Shown: positions 16,934 to 25,803, numbered from the stretch's first letter. The stretch is DNA of 64,000 bases from an uncultured Dehalococcoidaceae bacterium (GCA_964479165.1 CAYZJO010000002.1:265493-329492); one strand, 5' to 3'. Made by a program: numbers and translations. The notes: a model not told the origin generated them from the sequence alone.

Positions 16934-19159
16934 ATGACTCAGTCTCGCCTCGGCGACCTCGGGACGGGCGGTGGCGGTCTGCCCTGGGGCAAGATCGGGA
17001 TCGGCGCGGGCATTGTGGCGCTGCTGCTCCTCCTGTTCTTCCTCGTCACCAGGGGCGGGGACGACGAGGAGTCGCTGGAGCAGGGACCGCAGTCAGCGGT
17101 GATGTGCCTTCCCGAGGAGGAAGTCGGCGCGTCCGCCGGCACCTCGGTCGCGACGCCCGCAACCACGGGGGCGGGCGTGGGCGTCGAGGGCGCACCACCG
17201 AAGATGGTGGGCGGCGTCGAGCTCTACTTCCAGAACGATCCGCGCTGGGCCAACACGGAGTACGCCTTCTCGACTGCCCTGCCGCAAGGCAAGGACTGGT
17301 GCGGCACCACGATCGGGCAATGCGGCTGCGCAATGACCTCGCTCGCGAACGTCCTCGCCCTCTTCGACATGGTCAGCACCCCGATGGGCGAACCCCTCCA
17401 GCCCGAGAGCTTCAACGGCTGGCTCAACCGCGACGCTCAGTTCCAGGGTCAGTGCTTCATCAGCCCGGGCTACTACTGTGGCGAAGTCATCTGGACCGAC
17501 ATCCAGGCGTTCACGGCTCAGCGGCGACTGCAGGATCCGAGCCTGCCGCTCCTCCGTTTCCGCGGCCGGGGCAACGGCAGCGAGGCCGAGGTGCGCGCGG
17601 AGCTCGAGGCCGGACGGCCGGTCATCCTCGAGGTGCGCGGTCACTTCGTGCTCGCGGCCGGCCTCGAGAATGGCGAGATCGTCATCCAGGACCCGTACTA
17701 CCCCGAGCGCGATCGCTACGAGGACATCGCGCCGATGCTCATCAGCAGCCGCTTGTTCGAGGTGGCCGAGCGCGCGGGCGGCATCGTGGTCATGGCGCAG
17801 GGCGACACGCAGATCACCATCACCGACTCTGACGGCCGGGTCACCGGCACGACGATGGACGCCTCCGGCTCCGGCGAGACGCCGACCCCCGAGCCAGGCG
17901 AAGCAGAGATCCCCGGGTCGAGCGTCAACTTCGAGGACCGCTGGCGCGACCCGACCTGCACCGAGCGCGCGCCGGACCCCGACGACCCGGGCAACGTCCA
18001 GCTGTTCCTGCCGCACGCGGCGTCGGGCGACTACAACATCGACGCCCAGTTCCCCCCGGGCAGCGAACGCTGCATCGCGGTGTACTCCTACGCCGACGAC
18101 GGCACGGTCACGATCGAGATGATCTGCGGGACTGGCACCCTCGACGCAAACATCTCGTACTCCTCGGGCTCCTCAAGGTCGACTCCGACGCCGACACCGA
18201 GTCCGACCGCCACTCCGACCGCGGAAGCGACCGCGACCGCAACGCCGACACCGGAGCCCACGGAGGCACCGGCGACGGCCACCCCGACCCCGGAGCCGCC
18301 CACACCGTCGCCCACGGCCCCTCCGACGGCGACGCAGCCGCCGCGCACGCCGACCGCGGCGCCGACGCCAGTCGCACCAACGATCCAGTCGGTCACCTGC
18401 ACGCCCGCCTCGGTCTCCGTCGCCGCCTCGATTACGTGCCGCGCAACGGTCTCGGGGACGGCGACCTCGTACGCGTGGTCGTCGCAGGGCGTTCCGAGCA
18501 GCGGCGCGCAGGCCACGTTCACCACCAGCTTCCCCACGCCCGGTGCGAAACGCGTCGACTTCCGCGTGTGCAACGGAACGCGCTGCACGACGGGGTCCGC
18601 CAGTGTGACCGTGGTCGCGCCGCTCGATGCCTCGTTCAACTGCACGCCGACCAGCGTGAACGTGAATGCGAACGTGACGTGCACAGCCGCGAGGCAGGGG
18701 CAGGGGGCCTATAGCTGGAACGCAAGCGGCGGAAACCCGGCCAGCGGTGCCGGCACGACGTTTACGACGCGCTTCGGCACGGCAGGCTCCAAGACCGTCA
18801 CCCTCAACGTGTGCAACGCCTCTGGCTGTCAGCCGGCATCGAGGCAGATCACCGTGACGTCGCCGTTCACGGTCACCGCCTTCTGCAACCCGGGCCAGGC
18901 CACGTATGGGGACCCGGTCCACTGCGCAGCGCAGTTCAGCGGCGGCGTTCCGGAGACGTTCCAGTGGATCGTGGCGCCTGCCTCGGCCATCGAGTTCTTT
19001 GGCCAGGACACGCCGTCGTTCACCGTCTACTTCTACTCACTCGGCCAGTACACGGTCGCCGTGAACGTCTGCACCGAGTTCGGTTGTGCTGGAGACAACG
19101 TGATCATCACAGTCATCGAGGATGACTCCGACCCGCCGATCAACGGAACGCCTGACTGA
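16934..19159 (+). CDS. membrane-anchored secreted protein: C39-like (Peptidase_C39_2-type) cysteine peptidase domain, Pro/Thr-rich linker, three Cys-containing Ig/PKD-like repeats
   Basis: Start at ATG 16934 (MTQSRLGDL... then TM GIGAGIVALLLLLFFLV). LYFQNDPRWANTEYAF...CGTTIGQCGCAMTSLANVLALF resembles the C39_2 catalytic region. A linker TPTPTPSPTATPTAEATATATPTPEP follows. Three repeats of about 95 aa, each with CTP..V...TC.A...YSW...G..ASGA.TTFTT.F.T.G.K.V...VCN..GC. Confidence 0.55.
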   Translation: MTQSRLGDLGTGGGGLPWGKIGIGAGIVALLLLLFFLVTRGGDDEESLEQGPQSAVMCLPEEEVGASAGTSVATPATTGAGVGVEGAPPKMVGGVELYFQNDPRWANTEYAFSTALPQGKDWCGTTIGQCGCAMTSLANVLALFDMVSTPMGEPLQPESFNGWLNRDAQFQGQCFISPGYYCGEVIWTDIQAFTAQRRLQDPSLPLLRFRGRGNGSEAEVRAELEAGRPVILEVRGHFVLAAGLENGEIVIQDPYYPERDRYEDIAPMLISSRLFEVAERAGGIVVMAQGDTQITITDSDGRVTGTTMDASGSGETPTPEPGEAEIPGSSVNFEDRWRDPTCTERAPDPDDPGNVQLFLPHAASGDYNIDAQFPPGSERCIAVYSYADDGTVTIEMICGTGTLDANISYSSGSSRSTPTPTPSPTATPTAEATATATPTPEPTEAPATATPTPEPPTPSPTAPPTATQPPRTPTAAPTPVAPTIQSVTCTPASVSVAASITCRATVSGTATSYAWSSQGVPSSGAQATFTTSFPTPGAKRVDFRVCNGTRCTTGSASVTVVAPLDASFNCTPTSVNVNANVTCTAARQGQGAYSWNASGGNPASGAGTTFTTRFGTAGSKTVTLNVCNASGCQPASRQITVTSPFTVTAFCNPGQATYGDPVHCAAQFSGGVPETFQWIVAPASAIEFFGQDTPSFTVYFYSLGQYTVAVNVCTEFGCAGDNVIITVIEDDSDPPINGTPD

Positions 19160-19210
19160 CCGTCACCACCTCGCGCCCGACTCGGGGCTGGCATGGGCCT
19201 GGCTGGCGCG

Positions 19211-20371
19211 TTACGGGACGTTCCCGCCGTCCACTGAGACTTGCGCGGCGGCTTCGTCAGCTGCGATCTGGGAGCGGATACCCTCGGCCGCAGTCAGCGC
19301 TTCCTCCATGTCTTCGTCGCTCGTCCACCAACCGAAGTGGCCCTTCGGAACCACACCCAACGCCTCGAGACGCTCCTCGACGGGTGTGCCCGGCGCCTTG
19401 AAGTAGGTGCTCTCGAAGAAGATGAATGGCCCATCGCCGGGCTTTTCCGTCACCTTGAGCGTTGGCAGCCAATTCGCCCAGATGCCCCGCTCGATCTTGT
19501 CGGCGAGCGATGCCTCGTCCACCGCGGGTGGCTGCTTCATCAGTGGATTGCTCTTCAGCCAGCCGTCGAGCACTGTCTTCACGCTGGGAGGATCGATGTC
19601 GTTGAACTCCGACAACTCCCAGGAGTCGAGCTGGGTCTTTGCCTTGACGATCGTCTGCTTCACCTGACGCCATGCCGCGCTGACCGCATTCTCGATGCTG
19701 TTCTGGTATTCGAGCGGTGCGAGGTTCACCTTCTGCGCGCTCGGCGACAGCGCGGCCGTCGCAACATCGAAGCTCTTCCCTACGGCGGCCTGCAGGGCAT
19801 CTTCGAGCATCCCAGCAGTCTTAGCTCCAATCTTGGGGATGCTCGTCAGCGCCTCGCCCATGCCCCCACTCATCCCGGTTGCGATAGCACTGAACACGCT
19901 CATCACGACTGACAAGTTGAGTGCGTTCACGCGGGCTGAGGCGTTCACGGCGTCCTCGTGACGCCGGTACGCCGTCGAGTACGCGGTTCCGACGCTACGC
20001 GCGTAGATCTCCCACGCCGTCTTGTTGTCCTCGAACTGGTCGCCAGCCGTATCAATGATGCGGTACGTCTTGTTCCTCTTCTGCTCCCACTCGAACTCCT
20101 CAGCAGTGGGTCCGTCCCGCTGGAGCACCCGCGAGGTCACGGATGAGGGTGCAAGCAACCGCTGGACGTACGAGTTGCCGCGCGTCCGTTGGAGGTGTAG
20201 TACGTGCCCTGCTGAACGCCGGACGTCCGGCGGGAGAGGCGGGGTGAGACCGCCCGCGCCGGCGTGATCTCGGAGAGAGACCGCCTCGTCAGACGGTTCG
20301 GACTCGATCGGCAGACTGCGCGCGACCACGTCGGACCGAGCGTCTACGCGCTCCACGGAACCTTCGGCCAT
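19211..20371 (-). CDS. hypothetical protein, candidate eCIS cargo/effector. It carries an N-terminal LHLQRTRGNSYVQRLL motif shared with the DUF4157 protein, and an amphipathic Gly-zipper-like segment.
   Basis: The ORF track extends to 20968, but that upstream part is an Arg/Ser-rich in-frame artefact. The ATG at 20369-20371 gives MAEGSVERV... (386 aa). I recognise no enzymatic motif. The segment LNLSVVMSVFSAIATGMSGGMGEAL is hydrophobic. Confidence 0.5.
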   Translation of the reverse strand: MAEGSVERVDARSDVVARSLPIESEPSDEAVSLRDHAGAGGLTPPLPPDVRRSAGHVLHLQRTRGNSYVQRLLAPSSVTSRVLQRDGPTAEEFEWEQKRNKTYRIIDTAGDQFEDNKTAWEIYARSVGTAYSTAYRRHEDAVNASARVNALNLSVVMSVFSAIATGMSGGMGEALTSIPKIGAKTAGMLEDALQAAVGKSFDVATAALSPSAQKVNLAPLEYQNSIENAVSAAWRQVKQTIVKAKTQLDSWELSEFNDIDPPSVKTVLDGWLKSNPLMKQPPAVDEASLADKIERGIWANWLPTLKVTEKPGDGPFIFFESTYFKAPGTPVEERLEALGVVPKGHFGWWTSDEDMEEALTAAEGIRSQIAADEAAAQVSVDGGNVP

Positions 20372-20534
20372 CCGTCGCCTCCCAACCGGCGGGACGCAGC
20401 GTAGGGAGCCCCGATTGACACTCGGTTGACCGCCGATTGAAGTGAACTCGGCTGGGGCAGTCGATCGTTCGTCGCCGCGCGTCGATCGACGCGTCTTGCT
20501 TCCCAGACCAGGGTCAGGCGCGACTGGAACTCCG

Positions 20535-21674
20535 ATGACGCCAGTGGCGAGTGGTGCAGCTTCCACCTCCAGCGAGGTCCTGAGCACGCGCGCACTCAAC
20601 CGGGCACTGCTCGCACGCCAGATGCTGCTCGAGCGCGTACGGAAGCCAGCGCTCGAGGCTATCGACTTCCTCGTTGGTTTGCAGGCGCAGGAGCCGAAGG
20701 ACCCGTACGTCGGTCTCTGGTCACGGCTCGAGGGGTTCGATCCGGGGGAAGTCGAGTCGCTGCTCCTCGAGCGCCAGGTGGCGCGAGCCCCACTGATGCG
20801 CGGGACGATCCACCTCTCGACGGCGCGCGACTGCCTCGACCTGCGGCCGTTGATGAAGCCCGTGTACGACCGCGGGCTCAAGAGCAACTTCGCGAAACGG
20901 CTGCCCGGCCTGGACCTCGACCAACTCGCCGAGGCGGGTCGCGCGCTGCTGTCGGGCGAGCCGCGCACGTTCGCCGAACTCCGAGGTGAGCTCGGCAGCC
21001 GCTGGCCGGCTGCCGAGCCGCAGGCCCTCGGCTACTCGGTCAGTTACCTCGTGCCTCTAGTGCAGCCGCCGCCTCGAGGACTGTGGCATCGCAGTGGCCA
21101 GACGAAGTGGGCGACCACCGAGCGCTGGTTCGCCAAGCGGATGGCGCGACGGCCCTCGATCGATGCGATGGTGCTGCGCTACCTCGCGGCCTTCGGCCCG
21201 GCGAGCGTCATGGACGTGCAGGCGTGGTGCGGCCTGACCAGGCTGCGCGAGGTCGTCGAGCGGTTGCGGCCGCAACTGGTCACCTTCCGCGACGAGCGCG
21301 GCGTCGAGCTGTTCGATCTGCCGGACGCGCCGCGCCCCGACCCGGAGACGCCTGCACCCGTCCGCTTCCTCCCCCAGTACGACAACGTCTTCCTCTCGCA
21401 TGCGGACCGCGCTCGCATCGCTCCCGAGGAAACGCGCGGCTTCACGATGCGAGAGAACGGCTTCCTCAGCCAGTTCACCCTCGACGGGTTCATCGGGGGG
21501 ACGTGGCGTCTCAAGCGTGAGGGCAAGTCGGCTTTGCTGCGAGTGACCCCGGCCCGGCGCTGGCCCAAGCGAGACCAGAACGCCGTCCTCGCCGAGGCCA
21601 CGCGCCTCATCGAGTTCATGTCCGCCGAGGCAGCCTCGCGCGAGGTGATCCTCGAGCCGCCGATCAGGCAGTGA
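20535..21674 (+). CDS. winged-helix DNA-binding domain protein, YcaQ/DUF1006-like
   Basis: Starts MTPVASGAASTSSEVLSTRALNRALLARQMLLERV.... I recall this pattern from the DUF1006 family only loosely, from memory. Confidence 0.5.
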   Translation: MTPVASGAASTSSEVLSTRALNRALLARQMLLERVRKPALEAIDFLVGLQAQEPKDPYVGLWSRLEGFDPGEVESLLLERQVARAPLMRGTIHLSTARDCLDLRPLMKPVYDRGLKSNFAKRLPGLDLDQLAEAGRALLSGEPRTFAELRGELGSRWPAAEPQALGYSVSYLVPLVQPPPRGLWHRSGQTKWATTERWFAKRMARRPSIDAMVLRYLAAFGPASVMDVQAWCGLTRLREVVERLRPQLVTFRDERGVELFDLPDAPRPDPETPAPVRFLPQYDNVFLSHADRARIAPEETRGFTMRENGFLSQFTLDGFIGGTWRLKREGKSALLRVTPARRWPKRDQNAVLAEATRLIEFMSAEAASREVILEPPIRQ

Positions 21675-21677
21675 CTG

Positions 21678-22085
21678 CTAGCGGTTGCCTGCGGGACCCG
21701 GAGGGCCGGGCGGATGCTCACCGCTGCCCGGGGTTCGCGCAGGCGGCGGCGCCGTCATCTCACCGGCACAGCGCGTGAAGAACGGCGTCATCTGCGGCAG
21801 CTCCGCGGGGAACGCCGCGTTCACCTGCGCGGGTGCACCCGGGATGTAGATGTTCCACGTCGACTGCCGGAGGATGGCGACCACTGCCGCCTCGCATCCG
21901 CTCGCCCGCAGGTCGGTGACCAGCGTCGACGCCGCGGCGGGACCGGAGGTCACAAGGAGGCCGATGCCGCCGACCGGCGGTACCTCGCCCGTGAAGGAGG
22001 GCGTCTGCGCCTCAGCGCGCTCGCTGAGCGCACCTCCGAGGGCGAGCGTCAGGACGAGGATGCCCGTGGCGAACGCGCGTCTCAT
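21678..22085 (-). CDS. small secreted hypothetical protein (signal peptide)
   Basis: MRRAFATGILVLTLALGGALSERAEAQTP.... Last gene of the HerA-like ATPase operon. Confidence 0.4.
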   Translation of the reverse strand: MRRAFATGILVLTLALGGALSERAEAQTPSFTGEVPPVGGIGLLVTSGPAAASTLVTDLRASGCEAAVVAILRQSTWNIYIPGAPAQVNAAFPAELPQMTPFFTRCAGEMTAPPPARTPGSGEHPPGPPGPAGNR

Positions 22086-22116
22086 CGACCCTCCGTTCCC
22101 CTCCAGTGTGCGACTC

Positions 22117-22141
22117 GGCCCCGGTACTCACCACCGGGGCC
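22117..22141. terminator. perfect 9-bp GC hairpin GGCCCCGGT-actcacc-ACCGGGGCC (intergenic; terminator or attenuator candidate, no U-tract)
   Basis: The inverted repeat is seen directly in the sequence, in the 84-nt gap between the 74-aa gene and the 135-aa gene. Confidence 0.35.
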
Positions 22142-22169
22142 GCGCGGGATTCGAACCGGGCATCGCAGG

Positions 22170-22394
22170 CTAGCGGCCGAACATGCCTCCGAGGCCTTCC
22201 TTCAGCTTGTCGGCCATCCCGCCGAAGTCCGCGTTACCGTCGAGCGCGTTGCGCAGTTGACCGGCGATCGGCTCGGGCAGCTTGTCCTGCAGGGCCTCGA
22301 GGACCGCATCGATCGCGTTCTGCGCCTGCGAGGCATCGATGCCTGCTCGCTCAGTCACTTTCTTGATCAGTTCTTCCATCGGATCCTCCTTCAC
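22170..22394 (-). CDS. small conserved-looking hypothetical protein (74 aa, helical, Gly-rich C-terminus)
   Basis: MKEDPMEELIKKVTERAGIDASQAQNAIDAVLEALQDKLP.... Starts 6 nt after the ATPase stop. Confidence 0.4.
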   Translation of the reverse strand: MKEDPMEELIKKVTERAGIDASQAQNAIDAVLEALQDKLPEPIAGQLRNALDGNADFGGMADKLKEGLGGMFGR

Positions 22395-22400
22395 GGACCC

Positions 22401-24857
22401 TCACGCGGTGGGAATCCACGCGAGCGCCACTTCATCCACGCTGACATCATCGCGCTCGAGGCCAACCTCAATTCGCTCAATCCGCGCCGCGATCTCGTCC
22501 CAGTGCTCGACGAGGTCGGCCAGGTCTTCCTGTAGGTCGGCCTCGATCTCCTCGAGCTCCTCGGCGCGGCGTCCGAGCTCGTCCTCCGCGTTCTCGAGAC
22601 GCTGCTTCGTCCTCGACGTCATGCCGCGCCTCGAGGAGATGCCGCCGGCCGAGCGACCCAGCCGCCCCGCGATCGATCCCGCGGACGCCTTGCCCCCGAG
22701 GAACGCGCCCAGCACGGCCCCGATGCCGGAGATGATCTCCTGACCGCGGCGGGACTGCGTGTCCGCCTCGTACTGCTCGACGCGGTCCTCGGCCTTCGCA
22801 ATCGCGGCTCGCACCCGGTCCATCTTCGAGGCGAAGGTGTCGCGCAGCTTCGCTGCGTCGCGGTCGGCCTCGGAGCGCGCAGCATCGAGGCAGCGCTTAC
22901 GGAAGTCCTCCTCCGTCTCGCCGACGCGCGAGTAGAGCTTGAGCTCCTTGTTCGCGAAGACCTCGATGGTCTGCTCGCGCTGGAGGAGCGCCTTGAGATC
23001 GCGCTCGATGTCGCGGAAGAGTGTCGCCGTGCCGAGGTTGACGGGTGGGATGTAGAACACCGTGCCCGCGGGACGCTCGGTGCGGAGGTCGCGGGCATCG
23101 AAGTCGACCGGCCGCGCATTGCTCGCGGCGGTGCCCTCGGCGAGCGGGATGATCGCCTCCCACTCCTCGCGGTGGTCGATGCCGGCCTTCGTGTCGTCGT
23201 AGCGCAGGTGCAGGCGCGCGGCGATGACCGGCTCGAGGCGCGTGCCGCCGGCCACGGCTCCGAACTCAGCCGCCCACGGCGCAGCGGGATCGACGTAGTA
23301 CACGGGTACGCCGGCCGGGGTCGCCGGAGGCACCGGCGACTCGTTCTCGCCCACCGCTGCCGGAGCCGCCTCGGTTGCTGACACGGGCGTCGACGGCGCC
23401 GGTGGCGCCGCAGCCGTGAGGGCTTCGGAGGCTGGCGCGGCGGACGAGCCTGGTGCAGCGCCCGCTGGCGCCGTGTGGTTAGGGAGCTCCGTGAGTTGCT
23501 GGCGTGTGAGCGGGCCGCGGAGGTAGGACATCGCCCAGCGCGCCGAGAACCGACTTGGGCCGCCTCGGTCGTGGGCGTTGTGCATCACGAACTGCCGCCG
23601 GCCGAGGCCGCTGATCGTGCGGTCGATCAACGGGAGGTCGACGTCACCGCCGACGGACGACAGCGCCTCGAGGACGCGCGCCTTGTCGCGCTCCGTCTGG
23701 AGGCGGCCGATCATCCAGGTCCCGGCGTTCGACATCGCCTTGTAGTCGAGGTCCACCGGGTTCTGCGTCGCGAGCACCACGCCGACGCCGTAGGCGCGCG
23801 CCTGCTTGAGCAGCGTGAGCATCGGCCGCTTGGCGGGTGGCTCTGCCGTCGGAGGTACGAAGCCGACGACCTCGTCCATGTACATCAGCGCGCGGAGGTT
23901 GTTCGTGCCGCTCTGCCCGCGCATCCACGTGATCAGCCGCGCCAGCACCAGACTCACGACGAACTGCCGCTCGGCATCGGAGAGGTGGGCGAGGTAGAGG
24001 ATCGACGCCCGCGGGCGGCCGTCCGGGGTGTGGAGCAGCGCACCGATGTCGAGCGGCGCACCCTCGGTCCAGGCGGCGAACGTCGGCGAAGCGACGAGGC
24101 CGTTGAGCCGCATCGCGAGCGCGCGACGGTCGTCCGCCGGGAAGAACGTATCCACCTCGAAGACGCCGAGCTTGCGGAACGGCGGCTCGATGACCTGCGC
24201 GATCAGCGCCGCCAGATCGAGGTCGCGGCCCGCCGACCACGCCGTCTCGACGATGTTCGCGAGCAAGATGTGCTCGCGGCTCGCGAGCGGGTCCGCCGCG
24301 ATGTCGACGAGCGAAAGCAGGCCGCTGACGAGCGTCCCTGCCTCCTCGCGCACGGACTCGAGGTCGCTCGGGTTCGCCGGCGCGCGCAGGTTGCCGATGA
24401 TGTTCAGCGGCACCCCCGCCGTCGAGCCCGGCGTGTACACGGTGAACGCGACGTTCGAGGTGAGCGCGCGCATCTGCTCGGGCGTCACGCCCGCGCCGGC
24501 CAGCCCCTCGCGCCACGTCGTGGCCTGTTCGGTGGCGAAGTCGGAGACGCTCTTGCCGGCGTTACGCGCGTCGCCCTCATTGACCCACGGCTCGAAGTCG
24601 GCGGGCGCGAAGTCCGGGAAGTTCAGCAACAGGTTGGGCATGTCGCCCTTGGGGTCGAGGATGAGCGCCGGGATACCCGAGGCCAGCAACTCCTCGAGCA
24701 GCACCACCGCGAGGCCGGTCTTGCCCGATCCGGTCATGCCGACGATGACGCCGTGCGTCGTCAGGTCGTCGCGGTCGTAGACGAGGCGCTCGCCGGAGTC
24801 CTCGCCCGATCCGAGGTCGAGCCGCTGTCCGAGATACAGGTCCGAGACGCCGGCCAC
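22401..24857 (-). CDS. HerA/FtsK-superfamily P-loop NTPase (DUF87-like ATP-binding protein) with a coiled-coil C-terminal region
   Basis: GTG start. Walker A HGVIVGMTGSGKTGL. LILDPKGD, and a Walker B-like MYMDEVVGFV. Confidence 0.7.
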   Translation of the reverse strand: MAGVSDLYLGQRLDLGSGEDSGERLVYDRDDLTTHGVIVGMTGSGKTGLAVVLLEELLASGIPALILDPKGDMPNLLLNFPDFAPADFEPWVNEGDARNAGKSVSDFATEQATTWREGLAGAGVTPEQMRALTSNVAFTVYTPGSTAGVPLNIIGNLRAPANPSDLESVREEAGTLVSGLLSLVDIAADPLASREHILLANIVETAWSAGRDLDLAALIAQVIEPPFRKLGVFEVDTFFPADDRRALAMRLNGLVASPTFAAWTEGAPLDIGALLHTPDGRPRASILYLAHLSDAERQFVVSLVLARLITWMRGQSGTNNLRALMYMDEVVGFVPPTAEPPAKRPMLTLLKQARAYGVGVVLATQNPVDLDYKAMSNAGTWMIGRLQTERDKARVLEALSSVGGDVDLPLIDRTISGLGRRQFVMHNAHDRGGPSRFSARWAMSYLRGPLTRQQLTELPNHTAPAGAAPGSSAAPASEALTAAAPPAPSTPVSATEAAPAAVGENESPVPPATPAGVPVYYVDPAAPWAAEFGAVAGGTRLEPVIAARLHLRYDDTKAGIDHREEWEAIIPLAEGTAASNARPVDFDARDLRTERPAGTVFYIPPVNLGTATLFRDIERDLKALLQREQTIEVFANKELKLYSRVGETEEDFRKRCLDAARSEADRDAAKLRDTFASKMDRVRAAIAKAEDRVEQYEADTQSRRGQEIISGIGAVLGAFLGGKASAGSIAGRLGRSAGGISSRRGMTSRTKQRLENAEDELGRRAEELEEIEADLQEDLADLVEHWDEIAARIERIEVGLERDDVSVDEVALAWIPTA

Positions 24858-24958
24858 GCGCAGTTCCTCCTCCAGGGCGCACCTCCGCGCCGAGGCACCA
24901 GACTGCCGCTCGGCCTCGCGACTGTCTACCGGCGGGACGCCGGCTGCTCCAGTGCCCG

Positions 24959-25780
24959 CTAGTAGAGGTAGTTGGCCGCGGCGGCCTCGAGGGCGCGGCG
25001 CTCGGCGTCGTCCATCGGCTCGTACGTGCTCGCCGTCGCGACGTTCTCCTCGATGCGCGAGGGGTAGCGCGCGCCGGGGATTGCGACGGAGACGCCGGGG
25101 TTCGAGAAGACGTAGCGGAGGAGGTTGGCAGCCGTGAGGAGCCCCGCGGTCCCCTCGGCGACACGCCCTCGCATCGCGCTGGTGCGGCCGGAACCGCCGA
25201 GCGGACGCATGACGATGACGCCGACATCATGCTCGCGCGCGAGGTCGATCAGCGGCGCGGTGTCGGGGTAGTACGCCGAGTACTCCAGCATCACCGTGTC
25301 GAACTCGCCGGAGACGATGGCCTCGCGCAGCACCTCGAGGGTGTGCGACGACATGCCGATGTGCCCGATCAGCTCGCGGTACTGCGCGACCTTGAGACCG
25401 GAGAGCGCGCCTTCCTCGCTGCGCACTTCCTCGAGGACCTCGAGCGTGCGGATGTCGTGCAGCTGGTAGAGGGGGATGCGCTCGACTCCGAGCATGCTCA
25501 GCGACTTGTCGACGTCGCGCTGTGCGCCGTCCGCGCTGTGGCTGAACGTCTTGGTGGCGATGCACATCCCCTCGACGCCCCGCTCGCGCACGGCCTGGCC
25601 GATGAGGTACTCGCTGCCGGCATATTCGCGCGCGGTGTCGATGAACTCGATGCCGAGGTCGAGGGCCGCGTTCAGGGTGGCCGGACCCTCGTCGGAGGTC
25701 GGGGTGTCCATCGCGCCGAGGCCGAGCTCGGGCACCATGAGGCCGGTGCGCCCGAGTCTGCGCCGCTGCAACTCCGCCAT
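24959..25780 (-). CDS. aldo/keto reductase family oxidoreductase
   Basis: MAELQRRRLGRTGLMVPELGLGAMDT...IEFIDTAREYAGSEYLIGQAV. Confidence 0.85.
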   Translation of the reverse strand: MAELQRRRLGRTGLMVPELGLGAMDTPTSDEGPATLNAALDLGIEFIDTAREYAGSEYLIGQAVRERGVEGMCIATKTFSHSADGAQRDVDKSLSMLGVERIPLYQLHDIRTLEVLEEVRSEEGALSGLKVAQYRELIGHIGMSSHTLEVLREAIVSGEFDTVMLEYSAYYPDTAPLIDLAREHDVGVIVMRPLGGSGRTSAMRGRVAEGTAGLLTAANLLRYVFSNPGVSVAIPGARYPSRIEENVATASTYEPMDDAERRALEAAAANYLY

Positions 25781-25803
25781 CGCCAGCGTCCGATCCAGCC
25801 GGC

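Noticed and set aside
16303-18922. Multiple Arg/Gly-rich ORFs (for example 16303..16905, 17093..18016, 18173..18922) overlapping the SARP and C39-like genes
   Set aside because: They are out-of-frame shadows of real genes. 18173..18922 is the antisense of the Thr/Pro linker plus Ig repeats.
19211-20968. Long versions of track ORFs: 19211..20968 and its long N-terminal extension, plus 39780..41561, 51710..54928, 43126..43746, 57886..59754 and 11343..12506
   Set aside because: The upstream parts are in-frame read-through before the real starts. The conserved family N-termini, RBSs and neighbouring gene ends indicate internal start codons, so I trimmed the coordinates in the feature list.
22141-22170. 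gggattcgaacc motif resembling the reverse complement of a tRNA T-arm
   Set aside because: The flanking sequence does not form a T-stem (cccgg vs cccgc) or an acceptor stem. I could not fold a cloverleaf. It is probably chance in an intergenic hairpin region.
23475-24962. 495-aa plus-strand ORF and several minus-strand Arg-rich ORFs inside the HerA-like ATPase gene
   Set aside because: They overlap a gene with clear Walker motifs. Their composition is low-complexity GC-frame junk.
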